Notes under the pieces: generated by a model
What the model saw: only the letters and a program-made list of their open reading frames with translations
Told to the model about the DNA's origin: nothing
The model's database searches: none
Assembly (NCBI GenBank): GCA_046760225.1
Contig: JBHIDR010000008.1
Coordinates: forward strand, 1 to 22,696
Direction of reading: 5' to 3'
Origin: Candidatus Aenigmatarchaeota archaeon
GTDB taxonomy: Archaea > Aenigmatarchaeota > Aenigmatarchaeia > Aenigmatarchaeales > JACQIB01
Length of the DNA: 22,696 nt
Made by a program: the position numbers and the translations under genes
Shown here: in pieces, positions 17,281 through 22,696 of the stretch
How the letters are laid out: every line of letters begins with the position of its first letter
How positions within the stretch are numbered: the first letter of the stretch is position 1

Positions 17281-17988
17281 TCAAAGAAGCGACAACCGCT
17301 GTTCAGTTGTTAGTTTAGGCGGGCAATTGCCCGTCTTTTCAAAAAGATAAATTTTTGACAAATGTTTTGGATTGAAAAAACCAATTTTATACATCCAATC
17401 GTTCAACATCTTCTTTCCATACATCCTTATCCTGAATTCTTTGAAACCTCTTCTTGAGGTCTTCTCAAGAGCAGGTTTAAAGCCCAGCAGTTTAAGCTGA
17501 GTCTGCACAAAATCTGCCAGTACTTCATTATTTGTGAACATCTCTATTCTAGGTTCGCAGTGTAGACCTTTTCTATTCTTTTTGAATGAAACAGAAAAAT
17601 CTGCATCTGCAAGCCCTCGTATGAAGTGTGGTATAAGACTTCCTTGAATCCATATCGGTACGTGCTTCAATTTCAATTTATTACCAACAGGAATTCCAAT
17701 GTTAACTTTCTTTTGTACGACTTCTTTGGAATTCAGAACAGCTATTAATGTACGTTCTCCCTTCTTCAAATAAACCCTTGGTCTTTTCCTATAAAGTCTT
17801 TCTATGATGTCTGGAACAATATTGGAATAAAATTCCTTATCGTTCTCTACATCACCAGAAAATTCCACACGGAAAATCCCATGATTTTTATTTATGTAAA
17901 GACAACCATCACCCAAATGTAAACCAGTTTCATATGCAAATAATTCCTTCTTTTTAAGTTTTTTGATATGAAAATTTTTAATTTTCAT
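17281..17988 (-). CDS. LAGLIDADG homing endonuclease
   Basis: FAYETGLHLGDGC and FIRGLADADFS. Confidence 0.9.
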   Translation of the reverse strand: MKIKNFHIKKLKKKELFAYETGLHLGDGCLYINKNHGIFRVEFSGDVENDKEFYSNIVPDIIERLYRKRPRVYLKKGERTLIAVLNSKEVVQKKVNIGIPVGNKLKLKHVPIWIQGSLIPHFIRGLADADFSVSFKKNRKGLHCEPRIEMFTNNEVLADFVQTQLKLLGFKPALEKTSRRGFKEFRIRMYGKKMLNDWMYKIGFFNPKHLSKIYLFEKTGNCPPKLTTEQRLSLL

Positions 17989-18002
17989 GAGGACATTTAG
18001 GT

Positions 18003-18056
18003 GAAGCTGACTTATCTAACTTTCTATGAAATAGAAAGGGAGAATATGTCAGCTGA
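18003..18056 (-). ncRNA. Conserved intron RNA motif, copy in intron 5
   Basis: UC-AGCUGAC-AUAUUCUC-[stem]-UAGAUAA-GUCAGCU-UC. Confidence 0.75.
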
Positions 18057-18219
18057 ACTCGCCTCTTCTCATTCTACTTAACCCCATCCACGGGGTCTTC
18101 TCTTCCCTCTGAGGGTCTGTGGCCTATTCACCACAAAAGCAGGTTCGCCGGGGTCCGACCCGGGACAGTGGGAAAGTCGTTAATCCATTCATGCGGGCCG
18201 ACAATTAATCGGCAAGGGA

Positions 18220-18251
18220 TTTCGTTGTAAGGTCTGGGAAGACCTTGACAT
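18220..18251 (-). other. BHB intron 4, 32 nt (after Ec 1938)
   Basis: GCGU-AA^A-UGU(C)AAGGUC...GACCUUACA-ACGA-AA^U (one central mismatch). Confidence 0.82.
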
Positions 18252-18539
18252 TTACGCTACCTTAAGACGGTCAGAGTTACCGCCGCCGTTTACGGGGGCT
18301 TGGCCCGGTTGAAACCGGGTTTAACACACCCGCACTGGGCAGGACTCACCAACTATACTTAGGATTTCTCCCTAGCAGTCAGCTACGTTTTTGTTAAACA
18401 GTCGCCTTCCCCTGGTTACTGAGACCTACCTGATCTCCAGATAGGCAAGGGTTCTACCAAAGATACCCCTCTAATTTGCCGAGTTCCCTGGATCGGTGTA
18501 TCCCGTCACGCCGTCGCCTTTTCAGCAAGAGTCACCTGT

Positions 18540-18569
18540 ATCCTGAGATATTAGTGAAGCTAATATCTT
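18540..18569 (-). other. BHB intron 3, 30 nt (after Ec 1615)
   Basis: ACUG-AC^A-AGAUAUUAG...CUAAUAUCU-CAGG-AU^A; splicing restores AACUGACACAGGUG. Confidence 0.85.
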
Positions 18570-19033
18570 GTCAGTTCTTGATACGGACACAGCCAATCCG
18601 ACCGGTTTCATTTTCATGGTCTCCTGGAGTCACCCGAACTCCCGTATACACAGAAGCTATTAGCGCCTTCACCCGGTTCTCTCTTTGACAGAACTTCCCG
18701 GGTTTCAGCGGTTAACTTACGTCGGACTATCCTGAAGCGTCTGAAACCGGACTTGCGTTGCCGCGTGTATGGCCGTGGTGCAGGAATATTAACCTGCTTC
18801 CCTTTCCCGAGCTTCAGTTAAGGGCTCAGTTAGGATCGACTAACTCCCGGCTGAACGACATTGCCGGGAAAATCTTGCTCTTCTGGCGGTCGGGGTTCCA
18901 ACCCGACTTTGCTGCTACTACCAGCAGGATTCTCATTTCCGGGCGGTCCACACCTGCTTACGCAGATGCTTCTGTCCGCGCGGAACGCCTTCCTACGCTA
19001 TGACTTTCGTCATCTGGGGTCTCGGTAGCAAGC

Positions 19034-20053
19034 TTACTCCCGTCCATTTTCACCGCGCCGCCCCTCGACGGGTCCGCTGTTTCGTGGGCGATGAATCAAC
19101 TTTAATAAAACTTCCAAATTCCTTTTCTTTGGGTGTGCAGACCCAATTAAAAAACAAAATTTTTCTATGTCATCTTTATTGCGAATACTTAATGTCCATC
19201 TTGGATATGTGCTGCCTTTGTCAGGCATCGTTACAGATAAGTTCGACTTAATCTTCAAGTCCAATAAAATTTTTTTCATATCTTGCAAAGGCGGACATGC
19301 TGTTCGGCTATCCCAGCTCTGATAAAATCTTATTGCCATATTCTGCTTCATGGCCTTCTTCAAAGACATATCAGCTAGGTTGCCACATCCGCCTTCTGCG
19401 TCAAAAAACCCTTTGATGTAAGCTTTTTTCAGTCTTTCTGGAGCCTTCAATACGATTGATGGGGTTCGCCATTTCGTTTGCTTACCAAATGGATGATTGC
19501 AAACGACATGTAAAAATGTAGCCATAATTCTTGATTCGACTCGTAAACCCCATACATCACCCCTAAAAAGCGTGTATTGTGGCTTTTGATTAAAGTTCTC
19601 AAATACGGGTTTGATTTCTGTTTCCAGCCAAGATTTGTGCTTGGCAGAAACCATCACACTGTATCTGTGCTTTCCTGACGATGATATGAAGTGGCTTACA
19701 CTCCCATCTCGTAATGCTCCTAGAAAGTATGCCAGCCTCTCATCAAAAGTTTTGGGCAGAATGACATGTTCGGGGCTTCCAAGCAGCCCGATAAACTCGA
19801 ACTGCCTGAAAGCTTCGTCTAGTAGCTTTGCATTCGAAGTCCTAGCGACATCTTTCACAAAGGCTATCGTCGGCAAAGACGACCATGCCCGTACTGAAAG
19901 ATAGCGTTCAAGACTTTTTACGGAATATCCAAACTTTTTTGCAAAGCCTCTGTATGTCATGCCATTATCATCCCAATAAGCTCTGACAAGCTTCTTTACT
20001 CCACCCAGACGAAAATCGCCTGGTAGTTTATTGAGATAATTTGATAGATGCAC
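19034..20053 (-). CDS. HTH + LAGLIDADG homing endonuclease; stop codon lies in the downstream exon
   Basis: HTH-like GMTYRGFAKKFGYSVKSLERY, LAYFLGALRDGSV, YIKGFFDAEGG. Confidence 0.87.
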   Translation of the reverse strand: MHLSNYLNKLPGDFRLGGVKKLVRAYWDDNGMTYRGFAKKFGYSVKSLERYLSVRAWSSLPTIAFVKDVARTSNAKLLDEAFRQFEFIGLLGSPEHVILPKTFDERLAYFLGALRDGSVSHFISSSGKHRYSVMVSAKHKSWLETEIKPVFENFNQKPQYTLFRGDVWGLRVESRIMATFLHVVCNHPFGKQTKWRTPSIVLKAPERLKKAYIKGFFDAEGGCGNLADMSLKKAMKQNMAIRFYQSWDSRTACPPLQDMKKILLDLKIKSNLSVTMPDKGSTYPRWTLSIRNKDDIEKFCFLIGSAHPKKRNLEVLLKLIHRPRNSGPVEGRRGENGRE

Positions 20054-20099
20054 ATACCCTTAATGGGTCCGCTAGTATTTATAGTCGACTCCTTCGCCT
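19081..20099 (-). mobile_element. BHB intron 2 (after Ec 1095), endonuclease-encoding
   Basis: CGCG-UA^A-GGCGA...UCGCC-CACG-AA^A (one central mismatch; boundaries +/-1); splicing restores GCGUAACAGC. Confidence 0.85.
20076..20083 (-). promoter_or_regulatory. Putative intron-internal TATA box for the endonuclease
   Basis: TATAAATA about 22 nt upstream of the GTG at 20053. Confidence 0.5.
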
Positions 20100-20661
20100 T
20101 ACGCGTTGATTATCGGATGGCTGCTTCTGAGCCTACCGCCCCGCTGTTTTTGGAACGGCACCAGCTTTGTGACTTAGCTTGCATTTGGGGACCTTAACCC
20201 CAGGCTAGCTTGTTCGCTTTTCGGATACCTAGCTTACCCAGGTACCCTCACTCCCACCTTCTATGGCGCTTGCAGATTATTAGTTTGACAGGAAAGACAG
20301 GGATTTCTCCCCACAACTTCCCAATCAGTGCTTTACCCCACAAGCTACCTCTGGTGAGGCTGTGCTGAGACACATTTCGGAAGGAACCAGCTATTAGGAC
20401 TCTCGATTGGCTTTTCACCCCTATGCCCAGGTCACCCGATCACTTTGAGATAGAACCGGTAACAGGCCTCCACGGAGCTTTCGCCCCGCTTCACCTTGCC
20501 CAGGCATAGATCGAGTCCTTTCGGGTCTTATCCCCGTGACTCCTCGCGCTTTCACACGACGCCCCTGGCCCGAAGGCTGCGGGCTTTTTGCTTTCGCTAT
20601 GGCTACGCGCCGAAGCGCTTAACCTTGCCACGAGAATAAACTCCCTGCCACGTGATTCTCG

Positions 20662-21291
20662 TTAAAGAAGCGCTCTCAGTTTCTTCGCCTTTATAGGATG
20701 TTCAAATCCTATTTTTTCAACAAAAATAGAAGCTTGTTTTTTTCCATTAATATGTATCATTGAAAAATCATTATATTCATAGAGGTTCGATTTTATTCCT
20801 TCTAAAGAAAGAACCTCAAAAACGTCTTTTGCTAACCCATGATTATGGACTTTCATTTGAATTCTCAAATATCCGTTCTTATGGTGAGAATCCTTCATTT
20901 CGATAACCGAACCTTCGGCATCAAAAAGTCCACATAAAAGAGAACATCTTAATTTTGAGTCCTCTTTGACGGTCTTCGGTACTCTTACTATCCTGGACTT
21001 ATTACCCGAAGGTATTCCAAGATGCTTAAATATTGTCCATATTTTCTTGGAATGCACATAAGCTACAAAGGAGTTATTGTAGCTATCAAAGTATATTTTT
21101 GGCATCCTCTTGAAGACCTTTGAAAATTTTCTAGCAAATATTTCTTGTATAAATTCTTTATTTTCTTCTACTGCCCTCACAAGATATTTACTGGAAAGAT
21201 TTCCGTCTCCAATTATGAATCCCATCAGATAATTCAAATCCTCATTATTTTTCAGAATTTCAGCTTCTTTATTGAAAATTTGAATTTTCAT
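20662..21291 (-). CDS. LAGLIDADG homing endonuclease
   Basis: LNYLMGFIIGDGN and LLCGLFDAEGS. Confidence 0.92.
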   Translation of the reverse strand: MKIQIFNKEAEILKNNEDLNYLMGFIIGDGNLSSKYLVRAVEENKEFIQEIFARKFSKVFKRMPKIYFDSYNNSFVAYVHSKKIWTIFKHLGIPSGNKSRIVRVPKTVKEDSKLRCSLLCGLFDAEGSVIEMKDSHHKNGYLRIQMKVHNHGLAKDVFEVLSLEGIKSNLYEYNDFSMIHINGKKQASIFVEKIGFEHPIKAKKLRALL

Positions 21292-21305
21292 GGGTCTTCT
21301 TAGGC

Positions 21306-21372
21306 GAAGCTTCCTTATCTACTTTTCGCGTCTCCCTACGTCCAAGACCGAAAAGGAGAATATGGAAACTGA
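21306..21372 (-). ncRNA. Conserved intron RNA motif, copy in intron 1
   Basis: UC-AGUUUCC-AUAUUCUC-[stem]-UAGAUAA-GGAAGCU-UC. Confidence 0.75.
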
Positions 21373-22025
21373 GTCATCACACTTGCTCTAATTTCGAAAC
21401 GGACACCATGACACTGTAAGCCTTTCCTCCTACACACCCATTTCTGGATTTTCGTTCGGAAAGGCACCTTTCGCGCCATGGCTGACTATAACTGACTGGC
21501 TTCAAGCTCTTTTCATCTTCTATGAAGAATGCTTTTCAGCTTTCTGTCACCATACTAGTGCGCTATCGGACTCCAGACATATTTAGGGTTGGGTGTTGAT
21601 GCCACCCACCTTCCTACAGCATATCCGAGCTGCAGTACTCTTTTCCCGCAATCAGCTTTCTGTCCTACCCCTACAGGGCTATCACCTTCTCGGGCACGCC
21701 TTTCCAGGCGACTTCGAGTCGGACAGCGAAGCTGTACACGGGTTCCACATATCCACTGCATTTCTGCAGCGATTCGGTTTGCCCTGTTCCGCCTTCACTC
21801 GCCGTTACTAACGGAATCGAATTTCTTTCTCTTCCTCCGCTTAATAAGATGCTTCAATCCAGCGGGTTCCCTTTCTCCGAAGAGAATGACAGCCGAAGCT
21901 GCCGTGAGGTCACATTAGGTAATTCCTGGTTCTAGGGCTGCGTGCGCCTCGCCAGGACTTATCGCAGCTTGCTACGACCTTCTTCAGTGCTGGAGCCAAG
22001 CTATCCACCAGGCAGTGTGTGGTGC

Positions 22026-22057
22026 TTAGACCCTATCCTCATTTCTCCTCCACTGGC
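22026..22057 (-). other. 23S pre-rRNA processing stem, 5' arm (BHB)
   Basis: GCCAGUGGAGGAGAAAU-GAGG-AUA-GGGUCUAA; with 14263-14294 forms 17 bp / 3-nt bulge / 4 bp / 3-nt bulge / 8 bp. Confidence 0.92.
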
Positions 22058-22080
22058 ATCATCGTGATAATTTCACTACA

Positions 22081-22150
22081 GAAGCTCACGTGACCGTCCT
22101 GATTTCATTGCCCGAAGGCTCAAAAGGTGTTCCACGCAGTCCATCGCTTC
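22081..22150 (-). ncRNA. Box C/D double-guide sRNA (predicted Um2552 and Cm1920)
   Basis: Stem GAAGC/GCUUC, D' UUGA, GCC-UUCG-GGC, C' AAUGAAA, D GUGA; guides GAACACCU and AGGACGGUCA are antisense to 23S. Confidence 0.8.
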
Positions 22151-22198
22151 CTTTTCTACCCTTCCACCACAACCGGCATCTGTTGCGATGTGCACTTT

Positions 22199-22234
22199 GC
22201 TGCTCACGAGACAGTTCCCTTAGTTCATTGCAGC
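22199..22234 (-). ncRNA. Single-guide box C/D sRNA (predicted Cm2601)
   Basis: GCUGC-AAUGAAC-UAAGGGAACUGUCUC-GUGA-GCAGC; ACUGUCUC is antisense to spliced GAGACAGU. Confidence 0.7.
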
Positions 22235-22240
22235 TTTTTC

Positions 22241-22302
22241 GCCATCATATACCCCTGGGCCTTTCATTGCTCTTGCTCAGGCATTGGCTTTATTCATCTG
22301 GC
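22241..22302 (-). ncRNA. Box C/D sRNA, target not identified in the window
   Basis: GCCA-GAUGAAU-AAAGCCAAUGC-CUGA-GCAAGAGC-AAUGAAA-GGCCCAGGGGUAU-AUGA-UGGC. Confidence 0.7.
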
Positions 22303-22487
22303 ACGCCATGTAGGACATGACCATGATTGAATGGATTTTGATAAACCCATTTGAGGTGGTTTGTTTGGTCTTTCGACCAGAAGGAGCGTCATCTCGTCGC
22401 CGATTCAGCTAGTTTTCCATTGAGTCTTCAGTTGCTGTACATACAAAGCCACCATTTTCCTGTAAGTATAATACTGTTTTCTGAAGG

Positions 22488-22495
22488 TATTTAAA
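22488..22495 (-). promoter_or_regulatory. Putative TATA box for the pre-23S transcript (possibly shared with the divergent ORF)
   Basis: TTTAAATA on the minus strand; the palindromic TTTAAA is also about 23 nt before ATG 22518. Confidence 0.55.
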
Positions 22496-22517
22496 GCTTA
22501 CGATACTTATTGGGGAT

Positions 22518-22696
22518 ATGAAGATTCTAAAACCAATCAGGGAACAGGCAAGGTTCATAGATAATTTCTACCGCCACATGAAGAACACGGGAGAATGGTA
22601 TATGGGAGGTGGCTGGGGCATATCAGGATTTGCCGGGAAGCTGCAGAGAAACCACAAGGGCCCTGACATGTGCATGCCGGCTGTACTTAAGGAAGA
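22518..22696 (+). CDS. Partial ORF, possible ANT(2'')/LnuA-like nucleotidyltransferase-fold protein
   Basis: MKILKPIREQ...WYMGGGWGISGFAGKLQRNHKGPD resembles W..GGW...G...R.H.DxD, but the first Asp is missing; truncated by the window end. Confidence 0.4.
   Translation, partial: MKILKPIREQARFIDNFYRHMKNTGEWYMGGGWGISGFAGKLQRNHKGPDMCMPAVLKE

Larger units (their letters stand above)
17263..18087 (-). mobile_element. BHB intron 5 (after Ec 2070), endonuclease-encoding
   Basis: CCGU-GG^A-UGGGGU...ACCUCA-ACGG-AA^A. Confidence 0.9.
20656..21392 (-). mobile_element. BHB intron 1 (after Ec ~572), endonuclease-encoding
   Basis: UUCG-AA^A-UUAGAG...CUUUAA-CGAG-AA^U. Confidence 0.9.
14298..22024 (-). rRNA. 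rrl: 23S rRNA gene interrupted by 13 BHB introns (ends approximate)
   Basis: Conserved LSU segments (GGUGGAUAGCUUGGCUC, GCUGCGAUAAG, GGUAACUCUGACCGUCUUAAGGUAGC, GGCUGGGGCGG, CCCCGGGGAUAACAG, SRL AGUACGAAAGGAAC); about 2.9 kb remains after intron removal. Confidence 0.97.

Noticed and set aside
18003..18056. Intron motif as a hairpin ribozyme (AUAUU resembles loop B)
   Set aside because: The loop B partner strand and a loop A AGAA/NGUC pairing are not conserved across the three copies.
14510..21392. Group I or group II intron interpretation of the rRNA inserts
   Set aside because: I saw no P7 core, omega-G pattern or domain V; every insert has BHB geometry at its junctions.
22249..22292. Similarity of the third leader sRNA guides to 23S 20407-20422
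   Set aside because: The match is same-sense, not antisense, and only 9 + 6 nt; the best antisense match (9/10 near 16822-16831) has a central mismatch.
14422..22330. Plus-strand ORFs over the rRNA locus and other short antisense ORFs in the track
   Set aside because: Shadow frames of rRNA or of better-supported genes, with no recognisable motifs.
22305..22460. Additional C/D sRNAs in the distal leader
   Set aside because: CUGA/AUGA words are present, but spacing, terminal stems and N+5 targets are unconvincing.

Overview
Archaeal genomic window, probably a DPANN-type lineage (inference from the unlinked rRNA, leaderless TATA promoters and gene content). Left part (1-14155): trm1; a mevalonate/isoprenoid cluster (Nudix hydrolase, isopentenyl phosphate kinase, diphosphomevalonate decarboxylase, phosphomevalonate kinase, type 1 IDI), in which the mvd-pmk pair lies between 63-bp exact direct repeats; several membrane proteins; a HhH-GPD-like protein; endonuclease IV; Sec61beta; a compact RNase P RNA; and a large FN3 surface glycoprotein. 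Right part (about 14200-22500, minus strand): a stand-alone 23S rRNA gene enclosed by a perfect bulge-helix-bulge (BHB) processing stem and split by 13 BHB introns (4811 nt of intron, about 2.9 kb of exon). Five introns encode LAGLIDADG homing endonucleases. The most striking signal is that the pre-23S transcript appears to host its own box C/D guide RNAs: three in tandem in the 5' leader (predicted targets U2552, C1920, C2601) and more inside an ORF-less intron. A covarying RNA motif also recurs upstream of the start codon in three introns. All E. coli 23S numbers come from by-eye alignment; no database searches were run.
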